From an uncultured Clostridia bacterium (lineage in GTDB: Bacteria; Bacillota; Clostridia; Oscillospirales; CAG-272), in the NCBI GenBank assembly GCA_947628165.1, contig CANQYV010000001.1:12314-76313 (forward strand): a DNA stretch of 64,000 bases. Direction: 5' to 3'. Made by a program: the position numbers and the translations under genes. The number at the start of each line of letters is the position of its first letter. The first letter of the stretch is position 1. Under the pieces are notes generated by a model. The model worked only from the letters and a program-made list of their open reading frames with translations. It was not told the origin of the DNA and made no database searches. Positions 1 through 9,271 of the stretch are shown in pieces.

Positions 1-1
1 C

Positions 2-1483
2 ACAAAGGGAACGGGAGAGGAAAGCTGGCATCCGAGGTTCTGCTACCACGGATATAGGTTCCTTGAGGTCGTCGTGCCGTCGGAGATAGAGCTGACAAAC
101 GAAAATTTCGTCGGCTATATTCTCAGAACGGACAACGAAAAGATGGGCTCGTTTACATCTTCGGACGAGATACTGAACGAAATAAACACGCTGACGGAGC
201 GCTCGATCGAGAGCAATATGTACAGCACGTTCACCGACTGCCCGCAGATAGAAAAGCTCGGCTGGCTCGAAACGCCCGGACTTATGTTTTATTCGATGGC
301 GCATACATATGACATAAGCTCATGGATACCGAAGCTCGTCCGCGACATGACAGACGCTCAGTACAGAAACGGCAGGATAGCAGCCATCGCGCCCGAGTAT
401 TTCACGATAAACGGGCTTTCCGAGGATCTCAACTGGAACGGCTCCGTCATCTTCACGGCATGGCAGTATTATGAGACGTACGGAAATAAATCGATCTTTT
501 CCGACTCAAATTATGATGCAATGGAAAAATACATGGACTACCTTGAAAAGAACGTCGCGAGAAACGGTCTTGTCACACAGGGAAACATGGGCGAATGGGG
601 CGAGATGACGTCATACGGGACGACGCCGGTCGTGCTCGTCGAAACAACGGCATACTACCGCATGGCGACGACGATGGCGAAGATCGCGGAGGTCAGAGGA
701 GAGAGCAAGGTCGCGGAACGCTATCTTGCGCTTGCGGATAAAATAAAGGACGCGTTTCATAAAAATGCCGAGTGCTTCAACGAGAAATATCTCTACGGCA
801 ACGGCACGCAGTCAAGCTACGGATGCGTGCTTTACAGCGGGATCGTGCTCGAGGAACACAGGGAAGAAGCGCTCGAACGCCTCGTTTCGGCAATAGAAAA
901 GGCAGACTATCATCTCACATCGGGCGAGGTCGGCCTGCGGCAGGTGTTTTCCGCCCTCGCTGAGGGCGGCAGAAGCGACGTCATATACAAAATGGTGACG
1001 AACGACACGATGCCGAGCTACAAGTATTTTATCGATAAGGGACTGACAACGCTCCCCGAATACTGGAATTTTGAAGAGCTCTGGTACGGTCTTGCGCGTT
1101 CCCGCAACCATGCGATGATGGGCCACGTCAAGGAATGGTTCACAAAATACCTCGCGGGCGTCAGCGCCGCCGAGGCGGGATATGACGTCATAAACATAAA
1201 GCCGTCCGTCATAGACGGGCTGACGAGCGTCTCCGGCACAGTCGACACGGTGCACGGCTGCGTCACGTCCTCGTGGGAGCGCGACGCCGGGGCGGGCAAA
1301 TTCACGCTCAGCGTGACGCTGCCTGTCGGCGTCGAGGCAAACGTATATATCCCCGTCCTCGGAGAGGGACAGACGGTCACACTTGACGGCGCGGATGTCA
1401 AAACCGAGATGACAGAGGACGGAAGATATCTTTTAGTGACCGAAAAGCTCGGCTCGGGAACGTATACATTCACCGTAAACTGA
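2..1483 (+). CDS. alpha-L-rhamnosidase (GH78), C-terminal part; the 5' end lies outside the window
   Basis: The frame is open from base 2, with no stop before the track's GTG at 74. It has the TDCPQIEKLGWLET motif and the YHGYRFLEV segment typical of GH78 rhamnosidases. Stop at 1481-1483. Confidence 0.8.
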   Translation, partial: TKGTGEESWHPRFCYHGYRFLEVVVPSEIELTNENFVGYILRTDNEKMGSFTSSDEILNEINTLTERSIESNMYSTFTDCPQIEKLGWLETPGLMFYSMAHTYDISSWIPKLVRDMTDAQYRNGRIAAIAPEYFTINGLSEDLNWNGSVIFTAWQYYETYGNKSIFSDSNYDAMEKYMDYLEKNVARNGLVTQGNMGEWGEMTSYGTTPVVLVETTAYYRMATTMAKIAEVRGESKVAERYLALADKIKDAFHKNAECFNEKYLYGNGTQSSYGCVLYSGIVLEEHREEALERLVSAIEKADYHLTSGEVGLRQVFSALAEGGRSDVIYKMVTNDTMPSYKYFIDKGLTTLPEYWNFEELWYGLARSRNHAMMGHVKEWFTKYLAGVSAAEAGYDVINIKPSVIDGLTSVSGTVDTVHGCVTSSWERDAGAGKFTLSVTLPVGVEANVYIPVLGEGQTVTLDGADVKTEMTEDGRYLLVTEKLGSGTYTFTVN

Positions 1484-1516
1484 AAACCGCATCCGCAAAA
1501 GCGCGGCTGACGAAAA

Positions 1517-1556
1517 AAAGACAGCACAGAGAGAATGATCTTTCTGTGCTGTCTTT
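1517..1556. terminator. stem-loop downstream of the rhamnosidase gene
   Basis: 14-bp perfect stem (aaagacagcacaga / tctgtgctgtcttt) with a 12-nt loop. The A-run is on the 5' side, so the T-run is better on the minus strand. Its function as a plus-strand terminator is uncertain. Confidence 0.45.
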
Positions 1557-1664
1557 GCATAAACGAGCCGAGGAATACAATAAAGCATAAAAAAGAAACA
1601 GATAATTGACCGCTTCTTGACTTTTGTCTGCTATAATAAAACAGAGTATGCCCGGAGGATAAAA

Positions 1665-2342
1665 ATGAGTCATAAAATTCTTATCGTTGATGACGAAAAA
1701 ATGCTTACAGATCTTTTGTCGGAGCATCTGAGGGATTGCGGGTATGAGGCTTTTGCGGCCAACAACAGCGGTGAAGCCCTAAGAGAACTGCAAAAACGCC
1801 CCGATCTAATCTTGCTTGACATCAATATGCCCGGCGGCGACGGCTTTGAATTGTGCCGAAGCATACGCGATCGTGTCGCGTGCCCCATTATTTTCTTAAC
1901 GGCGCGTATCGCGGAACAGGATAAAATAAACGGATTTGGGTTCGGAGGCGACGACTATATCACAAAGCCGTTCAGCCTAAAGGAGCTTACGGCGAGGATA
2001 GACGCCCATCTGCGGCGCGAACTGCGAAGCAGGAAAAGGGCCGCTGTCCTCACGACTGCCGACGGCCTTATCATGGATCTTAACGAGCGCCGCGCTTTTT
2101 ACGGGACTGAGGAGATCGTTTTCTCGAAAAGGGAATTTGATATAACGGAATTTCTGATGACATACAGAGGGCAGATATTTGATAAAGAGCGGATCTATGA
2201 ATCGGTATGGGGAGTTGACGCGGAGGGCGACAGCAATGTTGTGAAGGAGCATATCAGAAAGATCCGATCAAAGCTGCGATTTGCGACAGGACGCGAATAC
2301 ATTGAAACGGTGTGGGGAGTCGGTTACAAATGGAATGGTTAA
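1665..2342 (+). CDS. OmpR-family response regulator
   Basis: MSHKILIVDDEK receiver start, a DxxMPxxDG segment, and a C-terminal winged-helix ending in VWGVGYKW. ATG at 1665 chosen inside the track ORF 1617-2342. Confidence 0.9.
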   Translation: MSHKILIVDDEKMLTDLLSEHLRDCGYEAFAANNSGEALRELQKRPDLILLDINMPGGDGFELCRSIRDRVACPIIFLTARIAEQDKINGFGFGGDDYITKPFSLKELTARIDAHLRRELRSRKRAAVLTTADGLIMDLNERRAFYGTEEIVFSKREFDITEFLMTYRGQIFDKERIYESVWGVDAEGDSNVVKEHIRKIRSKLRFATGREYIETVWGVGYKWNG

Positions 2343-3631
2343 AGAAGAAATACCGCGGCATGGGCCTTTTGCAGTCCTTTATATTCACTGTGTTTATCAC
2401 GTTCGCGTCGGTCACTGCCGCCTCTCTTCTCGCGGTGTTCGCTTGTCTTGCAATAAGGAACAGTCTTATACCCGATCCCGGGAGGATAGACGTGTCCATC
2501 ACGGCAAAAAATGAGGCAGGAGAGACGAAGAATTACACGGTGACAATGCATGTGGGCGAGCACAGCAAACTTCCTTCTATGCTGGTAAAGAAAGATGAGA
2601 ACGGAGAGCCCGTGCCGGACTTTATCGATCCGACGTCAGTTGCCGTGGCTCTCGGCAAGCTTCGGGACCCGTTCTCAACGCTTACACCGAAAAAGAAAAT
2701 ACTCTATCGGCTCAGCGGCGCCGCGATGGTTGTCCTGCCTTTCGTTATATCCGTATGCGGAGTTCTCGTTTGCGGCTTTACTTTCTATCGCCGAAAGCTT
2801 TGCCGTCCGTTAAAGCTCCTTTCGGATGCTACAGAGCAGATCGTGGAAAACGATCTTGATTTTAAGCTGTCGTATGACGCAGAAGATGAGATGGGGAAGC
2901 TGTGCCGCTCATTTGAAAAAATGCGGCAGGCGTTGTACGAAAACAACCGCGAGATGTGGAAAATGATTGAGGAAAGAAGGGCGGTTCAGGCGTCTGTGGC
3001 GCATGACCTGAGAAATCCTATCGCCATAATAGAAGGGTATACGGAGTATTTGCAGCTTAATTTGCGGGCGGGGAGCATGTCATCCGAAAAAATCGAAGAA
3101 ACAGTTGACAATATCGAAAAAGCCGCAAAAAGGCTCGAACAATATACGGAATCCGTCAGAAAGATCGACCAGCTTGACGATATTGAAATTCACCGCACAC
3201 CCGTTTCTAAAAGCGAGCTTATTGCCGATATTACGGAAGATTTGTCACTCATGGCGTCGGCGATCGGAATTGAGCTTCGCGTAACGGATACTGCCGCGGC
3301 GGAAACGTTTTTTATAGATACGTCCGTTTTGTACCGCGTGCTCGAGAACATCGTCGGCAATTCTTTAAGATTTGCGGAGAAAACGGTCTCGGTTTCTTTC
3401 GCCTCGGAAAACGGTATGCTCGAAGTTACCGTTTCAGACGACGGCATAGGGTATCCGGAAGAGATATTGAAGAGCAGAAACAAACTTTTGCTGCCGATGA
3501 CGGATGAGATGGGGCACTGCGGCATGGGACTCACGATAAGCAGGATACTTTGCCGCAAGCACGGAGGAAAGCTCGAGTTGTCGAACAATATACCGCACGG
3601 AGCCGTAACAAAAATATTTTTTTCGGTTTGA
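2330..3631 (+). CDS. sensor histidine kinase
   Basis: Two hydrophobic segments flank a ~90-aa loop. H-box SVAHDLRNP and a HATPase region (DDGIGYP ... GMGLTI). ATG 2330 follows a GGGGAG RBS and overlaps the response regulator stop. Confidence 0.85.
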   Translation: MEWLKKKYRGMGLLQSFIFTVFITFASVTAASLLAVFACLAIRNSLIPDPGRIDVSITAKNEAGETKNYTVTMHVGEHSKLPSMLVKKDENGEPVPDFIDPTSVAVALGKLRDPFSTLTPKKKILYRLSGAAMVVLPFVISVCGVLVCGFTFYRRKLCRPLKLLSDATEQIVENDLDFKLSYDAEDEMGKLCRSFEKMRQALYENNREMWKMIEERRAVQASVAHDLRNPIAIIEGYTEYLQLNLRAGSMSSEKIEETVDNIEKAAKRLEQYTESVRKIDQLDDIEIHRTPVSKSELIADITEDLSLMASAIGIELRVTDTAAAETFFIDTSVLYRVLENIVGNSLRFAEKTVSVSFASENGMLEVTVSDDGIGYPEEILKSRNKLLLPMTDEMGHCGMGLTISRILCRKHGGKLELSNNIPHGAVTKIFFSV

Positions 3632-3704
3632 CCGTTTCTTGACCTATATTTTATATCATCTCCCCGTAAATCAATTTTTGATGATACGGAGAGGTCTTTT
3701 TTTT

Positions 3705-5108
3705 ATGAAGAAACGGATTTGCGCAATGCTGCTTGCGATTTCGGCGCTGTTATTTATCTGCGCCTGCGGCAGGGATGCCGTGTCAAACGCAGAGATGCCG
3801 GAAACTGACGGGAGTGTTCTGACAGCCGGACCTGATGATGCGGACGGGTCTGCGCCTGCGGAGGGCGGCAAGGATATTTTGCCGAAAGCAAAGGGAGAGC
3901 TGTCGCTGCTATATCATATGCAGAGGCAGTATGCCGAAAGCTTTACCGAAAACGGGTATTACTATCTGACGCTCGAAGCTGAGCGCCTTTCGGACGGGCG
4001 TGACGCGTGGCATCTTATGTATATGGATTTTGCTGCAAGACAGGAGATATATCTTTGCAGCGACGCGTCGTGCAGTCATAATACCGCTGACTGCACATCG
4101 GTTTTCCCGACCGATGAATTCGGCTTTTCAACGGCGCTCTTTGTTATGAACGACAGTCTCTTTATCCTTAGTAAGGAGCAGGACCATGACGGTTCTGCCG
4201 TGATGGGTGTTCTCGGTGACGGTTCGGGCGCCGCCGTTGAGGCGGAACCGACTGTTCTTTACAGGGCGAATCTTGACGGAACGGGGAGAGAAAAGCTCTA
4301 TACATTCGATCCGTCCGTGACCGTTGAAGATATCGCCGCAGGAGACGGCAAAGGTCTGTTTTTTATTACGAAAAAGGTGACAACGGAGGAGGGCGGCGGT
4401 TTTACATATCAGACCTCCGCCGAACGGAAGCTCGTATATCTCGAACTCGGTCAAAAAAAGGAGACTGCGCTCTTCTCAATGGATTTCGGCGACAACATCG
4501 ACTGGGACATCATCGGCTGTTCGGGACGAAAGCTGATTCTTTACGGTATAGACTTCGGGCGCGAGCTGTCGGAGGAGGAGAAGCATTCGGAGGGGAGCTC
4601 CAAATATGAAGGCTCATCGGGTGTTTTTGCGACTGTCGACGTTGACAGCTGGACCCTACATGAGATATATCGAAAGAAAAAATTACTATATGAGGCCGAG
4701 GTCGACAAAAACAAACTGTACCTTGGTAAGGACGGCGAAATAATAAGCGTAGATCTAAATACGGGGGCGAGCAGTACGCTCTGCACGGTTCCCGATACCC
4801 AACTTTGGGGAATTGTCGACGGCAGGCTTTATACACGCAGTGATAAAGACAAGACCTTATATTTTATCGATACCGAAACAGGCGATATAAGCCATTGCGG
4901 TCTTGTTGACAGATCTACGGGTTCGAGCCTTGACATTGTCGCGCCTGCGGGCGAGTTTGTCCTTGTGATTTACGACAGCGATGTGACGCCGAGAAAAGAC
5001 GGCTCTTTTACTGTCCACGGCTACAGATACGCGCTTATAGAAAAGGATGACCTTTTTTCCGGCAGAGATAATTTTGCGCCTATAAAAATGACAGGGAGCG
5101 GTCTTTAA
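3705..5108 (+). CDS. putative lipoprotein with beta-propeller-like (TolB/DUF5050-like) repeats
   Basis: MKKRICAMLLAISALLFICACG signal/lipobox after a GGAGAGG RBS. Repeated LY..NLDG.G.EKLY-type motifs. Function unknown. Confidence 0.6.
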   Translation: MKKRICAMLLAISALLFICACGRDAVSNAEMPETDGSVLTAGPDDADGSAPAEGGKDILPKAKGELSLLYHMQRQYAESFTENGYYYLTLEAERLSDGRDAWHLMYMDFAARQEIYLCSDASCSHNTADCTSVFPTDEFGFSTALFVMNDSLFILSKEQDHDGSAVMGVLGDGSGAAVEAEPTVLYRANLDGTGREKLYTFDPSVTVEDIAAGDGKGLFFITKKVTTEEGGGFTYQTSAERKLVYLELGQKKETALFSMDFGDNIDWDIIGCSGRKLILYGIDFGRELSEEEKHSEGSSKYEGSSGVFATVDVDSWTLHEIYRKKKLLYEAEVDKNKLYLGKDGEIISVDLNTGASSTLCTVPDTQLWGIVDGRLYTRSDKDKTLYFIDTETGDISHCGLVDRSTGSSLDIVAPAGEFVLVIYDSDVTPRKDGSFTVHGYRYALIEKDDLFSGRDNFAPIKMTGSGL

Positions 5109-5110
5109 AG

Positions 5111-5860
5111 ATGCTTGAGCTTTACGAAATTTCAAAAAAATACAGGGACAAGGTCGCGCTGGCGTCCGTTTCGCTGAGGCTTGATAACGGAATATACGGC
5201 CTATTGGGCCCGAACGGTGCGGGAAAGTCAACGCTCATGAATATTATAGCGGGCAATTTAAGGCCCGACTGCGGGCAGGTAATGTGGTACGGAAAAAGCA
5301 TTTCCGAGCTTGGCTCCGCGTATCGCTCCATTCTCGGATATGCCCCGCAGCAGCATGGAATGTACGATTCATTCACGGGACGCCGGTTTCTCTCATATAT
5401 GGCGGCGCTGAAGGGCATTCGGAAGAAGAATATGCGAGATGAGATATCAAGGGTCCTATCGTTTGTCAATATGACCGGCGCGGCGGATAGGGCAATCGGC
5501 ACCTATTCCGGCGGAATGAAACAGAGAATTCTTATCGCGCAGGCAATCCTCGGCACCCCGCGCCTTATTATATTGGACGAACCGACCGCCGGACTTGACC
5601 CAAAGGAGCGGGTTCGGATCCGTGAACGGATTTCTGCGCTCGCGGGGGATAAGATCATTTTGATCTCGACTCATGTCGTGTCAGATATAGAATCCATAGC
5701 AAAAGAGATCATATTGTTGAAATCCGGCACGGTTATAGACCAAGCTCCCGTTATAGAGCTTTGCAAAAGATATAATGCTTCGGGGCTTGAGGACGTTTAT
5801 ATGCAGCTATTCTGTGAAGAGGAGAAAAATGGGCACAGTGTGGAGACTGACAGCCTTTGA
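5111..5860 (+). CDS. ABC transporter ATP-binding protein
   Basis: Walker A GPNGAGKST, signature YSGGMKQR, Walker B LIILDEPTAGLD. Confidence 0.9.
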   Translation: MLELYEISKKYRDKVALASVSLRLDNGIYGLLGPNGAGKSTLMNIIAGNLRPDCGQVMWYGKSISELGSAYRSILGYAPQQHGMYDSFTGRRFLSYMAALKGIRKKNMRDEISRVLSFVNMTGAADRAIGTYSGGMKQRILIAQAILGTPRLIILDEPTAGLDPKERVRIRERISALAGDKIILISTHVVSDIESIAKEIILLKSGTVIDQAPVIELCKRYNASGLEDVYMQLFCEEEKNGHSVETDSL

Positions 5861-8105
5861 GCTTCAAAAGGTCTATTGCAGACGCGGCTTTCGCTTTTCC
5901 TTATGTGTGCTGCTTTTGCTGAATATTTTCTTTTTGTGGTATACAAATCTCGGAAACGGCAGTGCGCCGGAGCTTTCCTCATACAAGATGTTTACAGAGG
6001 ATATAAAAGATATGACGGAGGAAGAAAAGGACGCGTTTGTATCCGGTCTGAAAGAAAAAACAGACGGCTTGTCCTTTGTCGCTCGGATTCTTTCCATGCA
6101 GGAAAGTGAGGTCGGGCAGTTTTTTGTCGAGGAGGAAATGGCAGAACACCCGGGTGTGTTTGAAAAATATTACGATATCTATGCTGCCGGAGATTATTTG
6201 AGATATACGTCTTCACTTGAGCTTGAGAGCATTTTTGTAAACGAAATGTATGAAGAGGAAAAACAGGCCGCAAATTATTCCGAATACCTCGAGTCCGTGC
6301 AAAGACAAAAGGATATGCTTTTCGGGATATCGATATTCGCGCCGCAAGACTCGGACAGCTTTGCCTCGCGAAATCTTCAAAAAAGCGCCGACGACCACAG
6401 GGCGTTATCTGCCGACGGAATAAAATGGACGCCGTCGAAAACGGTGTGCTCGTCAATGGAAAATGTGTGGACAGACATTATTTTGCTTCTGCATTCGTTT
6501 TTGTTTGTAGGAAGCCTTATTACAGAAGAAAAGCAAAAGGGGCTTCTCTATATCACGCGCAGCACAAAGTACGGCATGGGAGTCGGAATTATCTCAAAGC
6601 TTTCCGCGCTTCTTGTCGACTGCCTGCTTGCCTCAGCCGTATTTTTCTTTTCCGATGTTCTCTTTTTCGGATATTCCTCGGGCATGTGCGATTTCACGGC
6701 TAAATTGCAATCGATAGCTCCTTATATGGAAAGCGCCGTGAATATAAACATCATTGAATTTATGATGCTGTCCGTATTGACGAAGGCGCTCGTCATTTTC
6801 GGCGTCGGTGCGGTGCTGACCGCGCTTTGCATCATGTCGGAAAGTATAGTACCGCCATATTTTATAGGCGCTGCCCTTTGGACGCTCAGCTGGGCGTTAT
6901 ACAGATTTGTTCCTGCCGCCTCAGCCTTGAGCGCCGTCAAGTATGTTAATATATTCGGCGCGCTGCGGACAGAGGAGCTGTACGGAAAATACTTAAATCT
7001 CAACATCGGCGGGATCCCCGTGTCAAGGCTGCTTTTGGCATGGCTCGTTATCGCCGCCGCGGTCTCGGCGGGTATTATACTGAGCCTCATATCATATCTG
7101 AAAGGGGAAAAGCTCGAGCTGAAGCGGGCGGAGGCTCGGCTACGATTCGGTTTTCGACCGCACGATTCCGTGTTTCGACATGAAGGATATAAAATTCTTA
7201 TTGCGGAAAAAGGGCTTTTGATCCTTCTTTTATTCGGTATCCTTATGGGATACAATATATTTCACCGAAGCTACCATCCGACAGCGGAGGAGCGGTACTA
7301 TCAAAATATAATGCTGCGGTTGGAGGGGACGCTGACGGAAGAAAAACGGAGCCTTATCGAGGCTGAAAAGGCCCGCTACCGAGAGGCGTTTTCCGAAATA
7401 GAAAAAATAGACAGAATGACCGCCGCAAATGAGATAGATTCGGAAACCGCAAAGGCCATGAAGATCAAATGGAACAGCGTAACGGCCTTTTATCCCGCGT
7501 TTCAGCGAGTGGAAGCGCAGGCGGAGCTTGTCTGTGAAAACGGCGGCTGTTTTATTTACGATACAGGATATTTGTATCTGCTTGGTGTGCTCGACGAAAA
7601 CAGGGTGGGAGATTTTTTGCTTTTGACGCTCGGGATACTTTTCGCGTTCGGCAGCGTAATGTCCGTGGAGCATGAAACCGGCGTATGGGGGATTTTGTGC
7701 GCTACCGCAAAAGGAAAAAAGAGAATAATGCAAAGCAAAACGGCGGTATGCGGCATATCAGCGGCGCTTTTTTCGCAGATCCCGTTTGTCTGCCGGTTTA
7801 TCAGCATATCAATGACATTTCCAATTCGCGGGCTGCTCTATCCGGCGGGAAGCATACCGATATATCGGGATATACCGCAGTTTATACCGGCGGTCGCGCT
7901 GCTTCTTTTTAAAATGCTCGTTCAGGCGGCTGTCGTACTGACGATTACATTCGAGGTGACAGCGCTGTCGGCATGGAGGAAAAATCATGTGCAGGTGATG
8001 TTTTTCGGATTTGTTCTTCTTTGCGCCCCACTTGTATTGTCCGTACTCGGCTTTAACTTCGCACAGTATTTTTCCCTGTATCCGCTGTATGCCTGCGCAT
8101 TTTAA
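5829..8105 (+). CDS. large multi-pass ABC-associated permease-like membrane protein (~759 aa)
   Basis: ATG 5829 follows a GAGGAG RBS and overlaps the ATPase gene. Two clusters of hydrophobic helices are separated by charged soluble inserts. No recognisable family motif by eye. Confidence 0.6.
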   Translation: MGTVWRLTAFELQKVYCRRGFRFSLCVLLLLNIFFLWYTNLGNGSAPELSSYKMFTEDIKDMTEEEKDAFVSGLKEKTDGLSFVARILSMQESEVGQFFVEEEMAEHPGVFEKYYDIYAAGDYLRYTSSLELESIFVNEMYEEEKQAANYSEYLESVQRQKDMLFGISIFAPQDSDSFASRNLQKSADDHRALSADGIKWTPSKTVCSSMENVWTDIILLLHSFLFVGSLITEEKQKGLLYITRSTKYGMGVGIISKLSALLVDCLLASAVFFFSDVLFFGYSSGMCDFTAKLQSIAPYMESAVNINIIEFMMLSVLTKALVIFGVGAVLTALCIMSESIVPPYFIGAALWTLSWALYRFVPAASALSAVKYVNIFGALRTEELYGKYLNLNIGGIPVSRLLLAWLVIAAAVSAGIILSLISYLKGEKLELKRAEARLRFGFRPHDSVFRHEGYKILIAEKGLLILLLFGILMGYNIFHRSYHPTAEERYYQNIMLRLEGTLTEEKRSLIEAEKARYREAFSEIEKIDRMTAANEIDSETAKAMKIKWNSVTAFYPAFQRVEAQAELVCENGGCFIYDTGYLYLLGVLDENRVGDFLLLTLGILFAFGSVMSVEHETGVWGILCATAKGKKRIMQSKTAVCGISAALFSQIPFVCRFISISMTFPIRGLLYPAGSIPIYRDIPQFIPAVALLLFKMLVQAAVVLTITFEVTALSAWRKNHVQVMFFGFVLLCAPLVLSVLGFNFAQYFSLYPLYACAF

Positions 8106-8162
8106 AAAAGCAGGGAAGCTCTTGTGACATATGATGATTTGAAGGCAGGGACGCTTTTAAAA

Positions 8163-9086
8163 CTACAGCGTTCTTGTTTCGCGGTATTTTATCGGGGTCA
8201 TATGGACGTACTTTTTGAAAACTTTGCCGAAATAATTGCCGTTGTCATATCCGCAAAGGCGGGCGATTTTATCTATGGGATAATTTGTATCCACAAGCAG
8301 CTTTAACGCATGGCTCATCCGTATTTTTGTGAGGTACTCGAGAGGGGACTCTTTGACCTCGGCGGAAAAAACGCGGGTAAGGTGGCTTTGCGAAACGCCG
8401 AGAATTTCGGCAGCCTCGGCAATTCCCCTCAAGTCCGCATACCGCGACTGAAAAAGGTCTGTCGCCTGCTTATTCAGGCGGCAGAATTTTTCTGCAGCAT
8501 TTGAAGCGCAGCAGAGCTTATTCAGAAAATCAAACGCAGCGGAGGAGGCGATCAGGCTGTTGTCAAGCAGATTTTTTTGGGCATTCAGATAGATCTCAAC
8601 GGCGCTTTTTACGGCGGGGTCGTCCTCGTCGAGATAAAATATATCGCCTTTGACGCTTTTTATTTTATCGTAATACGGACCGAGATATTTGCCCATGAAA
8701 AGAACGAAAATAAATTTCCATTCGGCTGTCTCGGGATCGCAGTAATATTTCGTCTCGCTCGGGATATAGGTAAAGAATGCCTGTCCGGGAGTTAAGACGG
8801 TCTTACTGCCGCCGATCTCGAAAATGCCCGAGCCTTCAAGCGTGTACTGAAAGAGGTAGCTGTCTATTTTTCGATTCTTGTTGTCGAAAAAATATGACGC
8901 ATCGGAGCGCACCTCAACGCCGACGCCCGTAAGACGTATCAGCGGTTCCGAAACCTCGTCAATAAACGGGAAACCGATAGTGCCGGAAAAAATGTCAATC
9001 AAAATATTACCCTCCAAATCAAATAAGTGCGATTGCGGTATAGAGTTATTGCTGATACAATTATAATTGAAAGACGAAATATGCAA
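8163..9086 (-). CDS. AraC-family transcriptional regulator
   Basis: C-terminal double HTH (AEILGVSQSHLTRVF ... IARLCGYDNGNYFGKVFKKYVHMTPIKYRE) and an N-terminal cupin-like sensing part. GC is lower than its neighbours by eye. Confidence 0.85.
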   Translation of the reverse strand: MHISSFNYNCISNNSIPQSHLFDLEGNILIDIFSGTIGFPFIDEVSEPLIRLTGVGVEVRSDASYFFDNKNRKIDSYLFQYTLEGSGIFEIGGSKTVLTPGQAFFTYIPSETKYYCDPETAEWKFIFVLFMGKYLGPYYDKIKSVKGDIFYLDEDDPAVKSAVEIYLNAQKNLLDNSLIASSAAFDFLNKLCCASNAAEKFCRLNKQATDLFQSRYADLRGIAEAAEILGVSQSHLTRVFSAEVKESPLEYLTKIRMSHALKLLVDTNYPIDKIARLCGYDNGNYFGKVFKKYVHMTPIKYRETRTL

Positions 9087-9131
9087 TATAAGTCATAATT
9101 TAAACGGCCTGAAATAAAAGTCCGCAGCAAT

Positions 9132-9160
9132 ATTATACCACATGCCTGCGAAAATAGAAA
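9132..9160 (-). promoter_or_regulatory. extended -10 promoter for the AraC gene
   Basis: The minus strand reads TGGTATAAT (-10 at 9132-9137). The -35 is weak (TTTCTA) at 17-nt spacing. It lies about 45 nt upstream of the ATG at 9086. Confidence 0.5.
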
Positions 9161-9271
9161 CATTTTTCCGCAAGGTGCATAGTCAAAAAAATACTTTTTC
9201 AAGATTGAATTCTTTAATTTGCATGATCAAGGCGCCATATGGCGTACTAAAAATAAAGGAGCAGCAGTAAA

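Noticed and set aside
9130-9141. The 12-mer ATATTATACCAC is shared by the AraC upstream region and both repeat copies (41953-41964 and 44554-44565), hinting at a third element copy.
   Set aside because: On the minus strand it is simply the extended -10 consensus GTGGTATAATAT. No further similarity to the repeat extends beyond it at 9130.
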